A stretch of DNA of 26,459 nt from Bdellovibrionales bacterium (GTDB lineage: Bacteria; Bdellovibrionota; Bdellovibrionia; Bdellovibrionales; DASUEL01): contig JBFWOZ010000043.1 of the NCBI GenBank assembly GCA_050250255.1, positions 1 to 26,459 of the forward strand, given 5' to 3'. The notes under the pieces are model-generated. The model ran no database searches. It was not told the origin of the DNA and saw only the letters and a program-made list of their open reading frames with translations. Below are positions 17,308 through 24,981 of the stretch, piece after piece. The position numbers and the translations under genes were made by a program. The first letter of the stretch is position 1. Each line of letters starts with the position of its first letter.

Positions 17308-18411
17308 TCAATCTAGAAATGAATTCATATAACGCTGATCGATCCAGTTTTTAATTTTCAATGACAGAGAGCTTTTAAAGTACACAGACCCAAAGATTAA
17401 AAGAGCTTGAGCACTGCCTGACACAAGAATATTGAGTTGTTTTTTGGAAGGTAGAAAGGGCAATATTTTATTTTTATTCAACACGGAGTCTAGATGTTTA
17501 GCCAAATACTGACCTTGGCGAACAGCGATAACCCCTGATTTTGCCAAATTAGGATACGATTTCATTTTGCTACAGTCCCCAGCAGCATAAATATTCGAAC
17601 TGCACCGAAGATAATCGTCCACAAGAAAATAGCCGTTGGAATCGACGTCAATTGATTGCTTAGAATTCCATTCGTGTGGTGTGATAGGGAGAGAGACAAA
17701 AACATAATCATACGAAAGTCGCTTACCATCTGTAAGTACAATCTCACTTTCGGGTATTGCCGTTAAATTTTCCTCATAGTGGATAACTATTCCGAGCGCT
17801 GCAGTCGCTCGCTCAAGTTCGGTCGATATTGCTGAAGTGTAATTTTCGCAAAGGCGATCCCCACGAGTTATAATGTGAACGCTGCTTCCTATCGAATTGT
17901 TATTTAGAAGTCTTAACTTAATGGCAATAGCAAGTTCCACTGATGCGGCCCCACCACCGACTATAACAAAATCTAAGCGTTGACATGAACTGCATATCCT
18001 TTGTACCTCACGCCACTGTTCAATAAAAGTCGGAAGTGGTTTTACGTATATCGTTCGAAAGGGAGCATTTGTTTGAAGACGTGTGGTCTCACCACCAGTA
18101 TTTATAATTAGATAATCGAATACAATTGAGTTGCCGTTTTGAAGATCAATTGCCTTCTTAGTAGGACTAATCGACTTGGCAGAGCTAATTATGAGATCTA
18201 CCCCTTTTGCTTTACAAAAAGTTGTCAGGTCTATAGTGAGTTCATCAATTTTGACTTCACCCATAATATGTCTGGGAAGAAGACCGGAATAGAATATTCT
18301 GTCGGATTCAGAAACAAGGACTATTCGGCATTTAGTTCTCGCGCTGGGACTTAGGTGTTTAATAACTTCGAGGTTTGCGTGCCCTGCGCCTAATAAGACA
18401 ATATTTTCCAC
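17308..18411 (-). CDS. FAD-dependent oxidoreductase (resembles the flavoprotein domain fused to SelD in some bacteria; NDH-2-like)
   Basis: LLGAGHAN, YSGLLP, VKP, VGGGAASVELA, IYAAGDC, KSGVIAVRQG, KNWIDQRYM. Confidence 0.82.
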   Translation of the reverse strand: MENIVLLGAGHANLEVIKHLSPSARTKCRIVLVSESDRIFYSGLLPRHIMGEVKIDELTIDLTTFCKAKGVDLIISSAKSISPTKKAIDLQNGNSIVFDYLIINTGGETTRLQTNAPFRTIYVKPLPTFIEQWREVQRICSSCQRLDFVIVGGGAASVELAIAIKLRLLNNNSIGSSVHIITRGDRLCENYTSAISTELERATAALGIVIHYEENLTAIPESEIVLTDGKRLSYDYVFVSLPITPHEWNSKQSIDVDSNGYFLVDDYLRCSSNIYAAGDCSKMKSYPNLAKSGVIAVRQGQYLAKHLDSVLNKNKILPFLPSKKQLNILVSGSAQALLIFGSVYFKSSLSLKIKNWIDQRYMNSFLD

Positions 18412-18481
18412 ATCAGCTCCAAGTTAAGCTCAGAAAAAATCATTATGATCCCATCACAATATACTGATGGCTGTGCATATG

Positions 18482-18511
18482 TATTGTGACTTGAATCATC
18501 GAATCATTACA
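18482..18511 (-). promoter_or_regulatory. Putative ECF-sigma promoter (variant) for the FAD oxidoreductase
   Basis: Minus strand reads TGTAAT-gattcgatgattcaag(16)-TCACAATA. Confidence 0.6.
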
Positions 18512-18531
18512 GATTTTTTTAAAATATTTTT

Positions 18532-18561
18532 TGTAATAATAATTCACTCATAGTCACTTAC
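18532..18561 (+). promoter_or_regulatory. Putative ECF-sigma promoter for the CMD/AhpD pair
   Basis: TGTAAT-aataattcactcatag(16)-TCACTTAC, followed by the RBS AAGGAG. Confidence 0.8.
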
Positions 18562-18579
18562 CTACAAAAGGAGTGATTT

Positions 18580-19119
18580 ATGTCAAAACAGTTCAAATTG
18601 CATAATATGGAATCCGCGCCCGAAGGATCTCGAAAAACATTGGAAGGAGTTAAGTTGGCATTTGGAATGGTGCCAAACCTTGCTGCAGTCATGGCAGAAA
18701 ATCCAGAAGTCGTGAACAGTTATTTTGCTCTTTCAGATGCATTTGGCAGAAGTGGTCTTACTCCAACTGAACAACAAGTTGTTCTGTTGACAGTTAGCTA
18801 TGAAAACAGATGTAACTACTGCGTCGCTGCTCACAACACAATTGCAAAAATGCAAAAAATTGACACAGGTATTATTGAGGCACTCAAAAGTTCACAACCT
18901 TTGAAGGACAGTAAGATTCAGGTACTTCGAGAGCTAGCTTCTGCGATGGTTAAAGAAAGAGGTTGGATATCCGAGGAAGTTCGAGAAAAGTTTTTTGGTG
19001 CGGGATATAACCAGTCTCATCTTCTTGCAGTCATTTTGGGAGTCACTCAAAAGACATTGAGCAATTATGTGAATCATATTGCTGAAACTCCAATTGATGA
19101 GGCTTTTGAAGGGACATAA
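18580..19119 (+). CDS. Carboxymuconolactone decarboxylase / AhpD-like peroxidase-related protein
   Basis: FGMVPNL, ENRCNYCVAAH CxxC motif, KTLSNYVNH. Confidence 0.9.
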   Translation: MSKQFKLHNMESAPEGSRKTLEGVKLAFGMVPNLAAVMAENPEVVNSYFALSDAFGRSGLTPTEQQVVLLTVSYENRCNYCVAAHNTIAKMQKIDTGIIEALKSSQPLKDSKIQVLRELASAMVKERGWISEEVREKFFGAGYNQSHLLAVILGVTQKTLSNYVNHIAETPIDEAFEGT

Positions 19120-19597
19120 TTTGGATTTTAGTTTTATATATGGACTAATACATAAAGAGCGTGGCGGAGTGGCCAAGATCCATTCCGCTTTCGAACTTTT
19201 CCCTCAAGGTATTATTGCTCACTACACCTTTTATAAGCAGATAATTCTAGATGATAAACTGCCATTGAATCGATTTGAGCGTGAATACTTGGCAGTGCAA
19301 ACCAGCAAAGAAAATCGTTGTCCCTATTGCATCAGTCATCATGAGGTTGCCTTAAAAAACAGTGATAAGTCACAAGCATCTACAGCCCGACAGAAGGCAA
19401 TGGACCAACTGAGTAGAGTGCTTACAAAGGAACCTTGGAAGACTAATCTGATTCATGATGTTTTTCTTGAGGCAGGGTTTACTGAGCCTCAATGGCAACA
19501 TGCCGTTATGGTCGTCTCGTATTTTAATTTTGTTAACCGTTGTGCCCATGCAATGGATGTACAGATCGAGGAAAACTACGAAGAAACGTGCAAGTGA
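19079..19597 (+). CDS. Second CMD/AhpD-like protein (start probably ATG 19097)
   Basis: LNRFEREYLAVQTSKENRCPYCISHH, YFNFVNR. Confidence 0.82.
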   Translation: MLKLQLMRLLKGHNLDFSFIYGLIHKERGGVAKIHSAFELFPQGIIAHYTFYKQIILDDKLPLNRFEREYLAVQTSKENRCPYCISHHEVALKNSDKSQASTARQKAMDQLSRVLTKEPWKTNLIHDVFLEAGFTEPQWQHAVMVVSYFNFVNRCAHAMDVQIEENYEETCK

Positions 19598-19599
19598 TG

Positions 19600-20088
19600 C
19601 TACCAAATGGCATGCCATCCAGGCGGCACCAGATTCCATTTTTGACCGTATACATGAACTGATTTGGTCTCTCCGATTTTGTTGATTAAGCCTCGCCCAC
19701 TCTGAATCCAAAGTAACACTCCTCCCTTGAGGTTGTATGCATCGAAACCATCTTTTTTAAGATCAGATGCAAAACTGCCACTTCGATATCCAATTGTACA
19801 GTAGACCAATACTTTTTTATTTTTATAATTGTCTTTCTGATGGGAAAATTCTGATTTGGAGATTGAATTCTTAATGAACGAAACATTGCGCTCTTTCGGT
19901 TCACGAACGTCAACAATAATATAGCTGCTTAGTTCAATTAATTTGTCGTTAGGATCAATGATTGGAACAGATTTAAATTCCTTCTGATAATCATCAAACA
20001 TTGAATTAATTTTTTCAAGATCAGTCGGTTTCGCGTGGCAAATTAAAGCCATAAATACCAGTGTGCTGATAACAATATATCGGATCAT
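19600..20088 (-). CDS. Exported rhodanese-like protein
   Basis: Signal-like N-terminus, IVDVRE, VYCTIGYRS, YNLKGGVLLW, VHVYGQKW. Confidence 0.88.
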   Translation of the reverse strand: MIRYIVISTLVFMALICHAKPTDLEKINSMFDDYQKEFKSVPIIDPNDKLIELSSYIIVDVREPKERNVSFIKNSISKSEFSHQKDNYKNKKVLVYCTIGYRSGSFASDLKKDGFDAYNLKGGVLLWIQSGRGLINKIGETKSVHVYGQKWNLVPPGWHAIW

Positions 20089-21452
20089 AAATGGGTCTCC
20101 AGTTTATTTTGCCTGTTATTCAGATGCCACCAACCTGTTAGCGCAAAGAAAATAGTATATTCAGCAATTTTAAAATAGGGAGCCCAATCTTTTGAGTAGA
20201 ACCATGAGTAGCTTGCCACAACTAGATATGAAAACACAATCCATGGCGTGTGTCGTGTTAGACAAGCAAGGGGTAGGACCCATAAAACATACCAGGCATC
20301 AACAACTGGCGAAAGAATGAGCATTGCTCCTATGATTTGTAGGGTGGCAAGTGGGAGTTGATGTGCGTGGTTTAAAGTCTTTGTTCGTCGATATAATATA
20401 ACTGAGAAAATCACACCAACAGCCATTTTAGTTGTAAGCGCATTATCACTAAATAATTGAAGGACTAAATCCAAAAGGTGAAACACCCCTGCGTTGAACT
20501 GCCAGTAAGTGGCATATGCCTTTGTTCCACCAAAGACCTGCAAGCCAGCACCGATGAACGGAATATAAAATAGTAAAACTACCAGAAAAAATACTGTTAG
20601 ATTTTTTTTCCAACGGTTATCAAGTTTGATAAATAGCGGTACTAATATAATTGGAAAAAGCTTAGTGAGAGTTGCAAGAGCTAAAGTTACCCACGCTCTT
20701 AAGAACATACGTTTTTGACTCAGGAGGTAAACACTCAGAAACGTAAAAAATACGACTATGGTATCTAGGTGAGCTGAGTTTGAGACCTCTTTAAGGACTA
20801 AGGGATTTAGAAAATACAGGAAGCTTAAATTTTTGTTGCGGTTCGTAGATTCTAGCCACCTTACTAAAATCCACCAAATGCCAAGGTCGAAAAAGATAAA
20901 AACAATTTTGAGCCCAAAGAGTGAGTCACCAAAAACAATGTGGGAGAAAGTAAAAAAAAGCTGAGCCACAGGTGGGTAGATCGTCGAAAACTCTGGCCAA
21001 CCTATTTGGTTCCGATACGGCGTATTCAAAAAATCAAGCGCTGAATCATTTGGAGCAAATGTAAACGGGTTTACGCCACTTGCCAGCACCCTCCCATCCC
21101 ATAGGTATCGCCAATAGTCATTTTCAAGAACAGGTGTACTTGGGAGCAGAATAAGCCTACAAATTATTCCTGCCGCAAAAAGGAGTATAAAGTAAAGCCT
21201 GTCTTGCTTAACCATAACCAGCTTTCGACTGATTATTATGTATAAGGCAAATTGAATTGAGTACACCACCAGCAGTCCTAGAAATTCATGAGGCCAAATA
21301 GAAAGAAAATAGTACCCTGCGCAAGAGGCACAGAGTAGCGCTAATGGCAAAATCGAAGTTATCAACGATAAAATGGTAAAGCTCCTGTAATAATATGTCC
21401 CTTGTACACACTCACTCCCAAAGGATGCCCTAGATGGGTGACAGATGACCAC
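20085..21452 (-). CDS. GT87/DUF2029-like multi-TM GT-C glycosyltransferase; true start probably downstream (~21365)
   Basis: LENDYWRYLWDGRV...GVNPF, TIYPP, NPL...E...AHLD, KLFP, SPVV.AWY; many TM segments; ATGA coupling to the rhodanese gene. Confidence 0.82.
   Translation of the reverse strand: MVICHPSRASFGSECVQGTYYYRSFTILSLITSILPLALLCASCAGYYFLSIWPHEFLGLLVVYSIQFALYIIISRKLVMVKQDRLYFILLFAAGIICRLILLPSTPVLENDYWRYLWDGRVLASGVNPFTFAPNDSALDFLNTPYRNQIGWPEFSTIYPPVAQLFFTFSHIVFGDSLFGLKIVFIFFDLGIWWILVRWLESTNRNKNLSFLYFLNPLVLKEVSNSAHLDTIVVFFTFLSVYLLSQKRMFLRAWVTLALATLTKLFPIILVPLFIKLDNRWKKNLTVFFLVVLLFYIPFIGAGLQVFGGTKAYATYWQFNAGVFHLLDLVLQLFSDNALTTKMAVGVIFSVILYRRTKTLNHAHQLPLATLQIIGAMLILSPVVDAWYVLWVLPLACLTRHTPWIVFSYLVVASYSWFYSKDWAPYFKIAEYTIFFALTGWWHLNNRQNKLETHL
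21386..21415 (+). promoter_or_regulatory. Putative ECF-sigma promoter (variant) for GT2-marR
   Basis: TGTAAT-aatatgtcccttgtac(16)-ACACTCAC. Confidence 0.55.
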
Positions 21453-21463
21453 GAATCATTACG
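21434..21463 (-). promoter_or_regulatory. Putative ECF-sigma promoter (degenerate) for GT87-rhodanese
   Basis: Minus strand reads CGTAAT-gattcgtggtcatctg(16)-TCACCCAT. Confidence 0.45.
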
Positions 21464-21509
21464 TGGTAATTGTCGAAATTTCGTACTTACGCATTTTGAA
21501 GGGATTGTA

Positions 21510-22232
21510 TTGAGAGTTTCGATTGTAGTTCCAATTTTAAATGAAGTTAATCTGGTAAGCACTTGCTTAGGCTATCTTCAATCAACTCTAGCCGACCTAA
21601 GTCGAAGAAAAATCGGTCAGTGGGAAGTTGTGGTTTCGGATGCTGGTAGCACAGATGGCACCGTTAAACTCATCAATAAATTTATGACGAAAGAGAACTG
21701 GAAATTTGAAAAATCAAATATATCTCATCCTTCAATCGGAAAAACCATTAAACAAGGAATTCACGTAGCGACAGGTGATTATATTTGGATACTGCCTGTC
21801 GATACACGACTTCAAATTGATGCATTTGTGGATTTATGGGAAATAGTAAGCCACGATCATGCTGACTATATTGCTTTTCCAAAACTATATGCGCCGTCCA
21901 CAACTCTATTAAAACTCTATCAGTTTCTTCAAAATACAATAAGATTAAAACTTCTAAAGCATGTTGTGTGGACCAATGGAATTGTTCTTTCTAAGAGAAT
22001 ATTTGAAAGTTATGATGTGCCCACCGTAGGTTTTATGGAAGATGTCATTTGGTCGGACCAATTACGAAAAAAAATCCCTTTATTGATTTTAACTCATCCA
22101 ATAGAAGTGTCCACGCGTAGATATCATCCAAGCGGCATTCTTCGACAAATTTTCGTGAATTTTATAGTCATGTTGTTATATAGAATTCGGCTTGTGAAGC
22201 CGCAGAATTTGAAGACAATTTATAATAGGTAG
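21510..22232 (+). CDS. GT2 glycosyltransferase, divergent TIGR04283-like paralog
   Basis: VSIVVPILNE, DAGSTDGT, ILPVDT, FMEDV, VSTRRY. Start placed at in-frame TTG 21510 after GAAGGGA. Confidence 0.8.
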   Translation: MRVSIVVPILNEVNLVSTCLGYLQSTLADLSRRKIGQWEVVVSDAGSTDGTVKLINKFMTKENWKFEKSNISHPSIGKTIKQGIHVATGDYIWILPVDTRLQIDAFVDLWEIVSHDHADYIAFPKLYAPSTTLLKLYQFLQNTIRLKLLKHVVWTNGIVLSKRIFESYDVPTVGFMEDVIWSDQLRKKIPLLILTHPIEVSTRRYHPSGILRQIFVNFIVMLLYRIRLVKPQNLKTIYNR

Positions 22233-22245
22233 TTGGTGTTTTTAT

Positions 22246-22734
22246 ATGTACGAAAACGAAGTTAAAAAGTTACGGGGCAAGAGTGCCCAGCCTAAAGAAG
22301 ATCTGGCTAGATCTCGTCTTAAGAAAGCTTACTGTGAGCCTGAAGTGAAAAGTTGGCGAGTGCTACTTAAGGCTTTTCAAACCATTTACACGCATCTTGA
22401 AAAAGGAATGTCCGCTGACGGGGTTACAATCTCTCGATTTCAGGTACTCCTCATGCTTTATTTCGATGGGCCATTATCGGCATCTGACATATCGCGGCGT
22501 TTATTAGTTTCTCGAGGTAATATGTCGATGTTTCTGAGGAGGCTAACTTCTGACCGTTTGGTGGAAGTTTCTGACGCATCCAAGTCAAAAACACGACCCC
22601 TTTATTGTCTTACTAAGGGCGGCGCTAAGCAATTTGAAGCCCTATTCCCTCGGCATGTTAAGAGAATTAAGGAATTAATGCCAAGTTTACCTAATTCCAT
22701 GATTCGAATTTTGTCTGATATTTCTTGGAATTAA
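22246..22734 (+). CDS. MarR-family transcriptional regulator
   Basis: GVTISRFQVLLML..GPLSASDISRRLLVSRGNMS..L..LV..LTKGG. Confidence 0.9.
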   Translation: MYENEVKKLRGKSAQPKEDLARSRLKKAYCEPEVKSWRVLLKAFQTIYTHLEKGMSADGVTISRFQVLLMLYFDGPLSASDISRRLLVSRGNMSMFLRRLTSDRLVEVSDASKSKTRPLYCLTKGGAKQFEALFPRHVKRIKELMPSLPNSMIRILSDISWN

Positions 22735-22769
22735 GTGTTGATTCAACCTTGCCTAGATTGAGTGAGGTC

Positions 22770-22795
22770 GCTAATGTTTACATGTTAACATTAGC
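22770..22795. promoter_or_regulatory. 26-bp near-perfect palindrome, candidate MarR operator upstream of the ECF sigma gene
   Basis: GCTAATGTTTACATGTTAACATTAGC matches its reverse complement at 24/26 positions. Confidence 0.65.
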
Positions 22796-22797
22796 CC

Positions 22798-23412
22798 ATG
22801 GGGTTCTATATGAGTCGTCAGTTTGAAGATAATTTTAGTTCGACCGATTTTTTAGAAAAGTTGATTAACAAGGATCATAAGACAGTCGAACTTGTTGTGA
22901 AAGCATATACCGAACAACTTTACCGTGGAGCTCTTGGACTTGGATTCGATCAGGTACATGCTGGAGAAGTGGTTCAGAGTGTTTGGGTAACGTTTTTTGA
23001 TGTTGTTTCAAGTTTTCAGGGACGGTCGCACATTCGTACTTTTATTTTTGGAATTCTTTATAATAAGGCCTCAGAACTTCGACGTGAAAATAAAAAATTT
23101 GACTCAAAAGATCCAGTTGAAGAGGTTCTTGATGATCGATTCGATTTAAGAGGAGCTTGGAAGAAGCCACCCATCGACCCAGAGCAGTTTTTGATGGCAA
23201 GTGAAACAATGGAGCTTATAGACAAGTGTCTAGAAAAATTGCCTGTGAATCAGAGAATGGCATTTTGTTTAAAAGAAATTGATGACCACGGTAGTTCAGA
23301 TATTTGTAATATTTTGAGCGTTACCACCACTAACCTTGGAGTGCTTTTATATCGAGCAAAAAATAGCCTACGTGAGTGTATTGAAGCTAAGGCCAAGATG
23401 AGGCGCATCTAG
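22798..23412 (+). CDS. ECF sigma-70 family RNA polymerase sigma factor
   Basis: Region 2 EVVQSVW..FQGRSHIRTFIFGILYNK; region 4 CLEKLPVNQRMAF.LKE..ICNIL.VT..NL.VLLYRAK..LRECI. Start is 22798 or 22810. Confidence 0.93.
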   Translation: MGFYMSRQFEDNFSSTDFLEKLINKDHKTVELVVKAYTEQLYRGALGLGFDQVHAGEVVQSVWVTFFDVVSSFQGRSHIRTFIFGILYNKASELRRENKKFDSKDPVEEVLDDRFDLRGAWKKPPIDPEQFLMASETMELIDKCLEKLPVNQRMAFCLKEIDDHGSSDICNILSVTTTNLGVLLYRAKNSLRECIEAKAKMRRI

Positions 23413-23439
23413 ATAAGGGATAAGATCAAAGGATAAAAA

Positions 23440-23679
23440 GTGACGCCCTGTAAAGACATCGTAAAAATGCTTAGTTCGGGAGAACAGATTTCGTTCGTGA
23501 AGCGAATGGAAATGCGAATGCATCTTGCTATGTGTGAACATTGTTCCACATATGCAAAACAACTGCGAATGATGAGGGACTCGTTTATAAAACTTTTTAA
23601 GCAAAAGACAGAGGTCAAATCTGACCAGTTGGAGGAGCTTGAAAGTTCTATTATAGAGAAGTTCACCAAGGTAAAGTGA
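23440..23679 (+). CDS. Soluble zinc-finger (zf-HC2/ZAS) anti-sigma factor
   Basis: C4..HLAMCEHC (C-Xn-H-x3-C-x2-C), no TM segment, directly downstream of the sigma gene. Confidence 0.88.
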   Translation: MTPCKDIVKMLSSGEQISFVKRMEMRMHLAMCEHCSTYAKQLRMMRDSFIKLFKQKTEVKSDQLEELESSIIEKFTKVK

Positions 23680-23740
23680 TGAGTGACATTTGATTTCAGA
23701 CGAGCTGTGTCACGACACAATAAAATAAATTTATATTCAC

Positions 23741-23770
23741 TGTAATTTTATAACTGTAACTTTCACTTAC
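23741..23770 (+). promoter_or_regulatory. Putative ECF-sigma promoter for the yceI-bufferin operon
   Basis: TGTAAT-tttataactgtaactt(16)-TCACTTAC. Confidence 0.8.
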
Positions 23771-23799
23771 TCGTAGACGAATTAGCAACTGGAGGATCT

Positions 23800-24393
23800 A
23801 TGAGGAGTTTTTTAATTTTATCAGCTTTGGTGTCTCTCTTTGGTACGACAGGTGTTCGCGCCGAAAACTATAAGTTAGACGAGTCTCACACTCAAGTAGG
23901 ATTTCGAATCAAGCACTTGGTTATTTCAACCGTATCTGGTCGATTCAATAAGTACTCAGGTAGTTTCGATTACGACTCAAAAACTGGTAAGGTTAGCGGA
24001 CTAAGCGCTACAATTGATACGGCCTCAATTGACACGAACGAACCAGACCGCGACAAACACCTAAAAAGCAAAGACTTTTTTGATGTAGAAAAATATCCCG
24101 CTCTCACCTTTGTTCAGAAAGATGTAACTATAAAAAACAAAAAACCAACCGAGATCAAAGGTGATCTCACAATCCACGGAGTCACCAAGCTTGTCACCTT
24201 GAGCGTAACTGTCAATGGCATGGCCACGGATCCATGGGGTAACGAACGTCTTGCTTTCGAGGCAAGTACTAAAGTGGATCGCAAAGACTTTGATTTAAAA
24301 TGGAACAAATCACTTGATAAGGGTGGAGTCATGATTGCCGATGATGTCAAAATCGTTATTGAGGGCGAAGCTATTCTGCAAAAGCCAAAGTAA
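23800..24393 (+). CDS. yceI: YceI family periplasmic polyisoprenoid-binding protein
   Basis: Signal peptide, LDESHTQVGF.IKHL, SIDTN..RDKHLKSKDFFDVEKYP, GDLTIHGVTK, DPWGN.R. Confidence 0.93.
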   Translation: MRSFLILSALVSLFGTTGVRAENYKLDESHTQVGFRIKHLVISTVSGRFNKYSGSFDYDSKTGKVSGLSATIDTASIDTNEPDRDKHLKSKDFFDVEKYPALTFVQKDVTIKNKKPTEIKGDLTIHGVTKLVTLSVTVNGMATDPWGNERLAFEASTKVDRKDFDLKWNKSLDKGGVMIADDVKIVIEGEAILQKPK

Positions 24394-24436
24394 TTACAAC
24401 ACAATGAAAGAAGTCTCAAAATTTTAAGGGGGAAAC

Positions 24437-24691
24437 ATGAATAAAACGATCTTAGTCACAGCGGCTATCGCAGGTCTTGTATCGATTTCAGGCTGTAGCA
24501 GTTCACAAAAAGCGCAAGGTGAAACCGCCATGGGTGAGTGTCACGGAATTAACGCCTGCAAAGGGCAAGGAGAGTGTGGCGGTGCGGGCTACTCATGTGC
24601 TGGCAAGAATTCTTGCAAGGGTCAGGGTTGGGTTAAGTTAAGCAAATCAGATTGTGAAAATAAAAACGGTAAATTTAAAGCGTCCATGTAA
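24437..24691 (+). CDS. BufA2-like Cys-rich MNIO RiPP (bufferin) precursor, lipoprotein type
   Basis: Lipobox ISG-C; core CHGINACKGQGECGG...CAGKNSCKGQGWV..DC with 6 Cys. Confidence 0.82.
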   Translation: MNKTILVTAAIAGLVSISGCSSSQKAQGETAMGECHGINACKGQGECGGAGYSCAGKNSCKGQGWVKLSKSDCENKNGKFKASM

Positions 24692-24713
24692 ACCATAAAA
24701 AGGAGAGAAAAAG

Positions 24714-24980
24714 ATGATCCCGAACAAATCGCTACTAATTGCTTCTGCAATAGCTGGCCTCATTATGAGTGCTGGTCAAGTTCAAGCCAGCGATAACGAA
24801 AAGCCGAAGGCCGCTGTCGGCGAGTGTCACGGTGCAAATGCCTGCAAGGGCCAAGGTGCCTGTGGTGGAGCCGACCATGAGTGTGCCGGTAAGAACTCAT
24901 GTAAAGGCAAAGGCTTTGTGAAATTGACTAAAAAAGACTGCGCCAAAAAAGGCGGAAAGTTTCAACAAGCGAAAATGTAA
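24714..24980 (+). CDS. BufA2-like Cys-rich MNIO RiPP (bufferin) precursor, SPI-signal type
   Basis: Signal ending VQA; core CHGANACKGQGACGG...CAGKNSCKGKGFV..DC with 6 Cys; RBS AAGGAG. Confidence 0.85.
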   Translation: MIPNKSLLIASAIAGLIMSAGQVQASDNEKPKAAVGECHGANACKGQGACGGADHECAGKNSCKGKGFVKLTKKDCAKKGGKFQQAKM

Positions 24981-24981
24981 A

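Noticed and set aside
19595..19645. Selenocysteine readthrough at TGA after ...ETCK (TGA TGC)
   Set aside because: The extension would be short and antisense to the rhodanese 3' end, with no recognisable SECIS; the protein is already family length.
23706..23719. Palindrome TGTGTC-AC-GACACA after the anti-sigma gene as terminator or operator
   Set aside because: The 2-nt loop and absence of a U-tract on the + strand argue against a terminator, and as a single short occurrence it cannot be supported as an operator.
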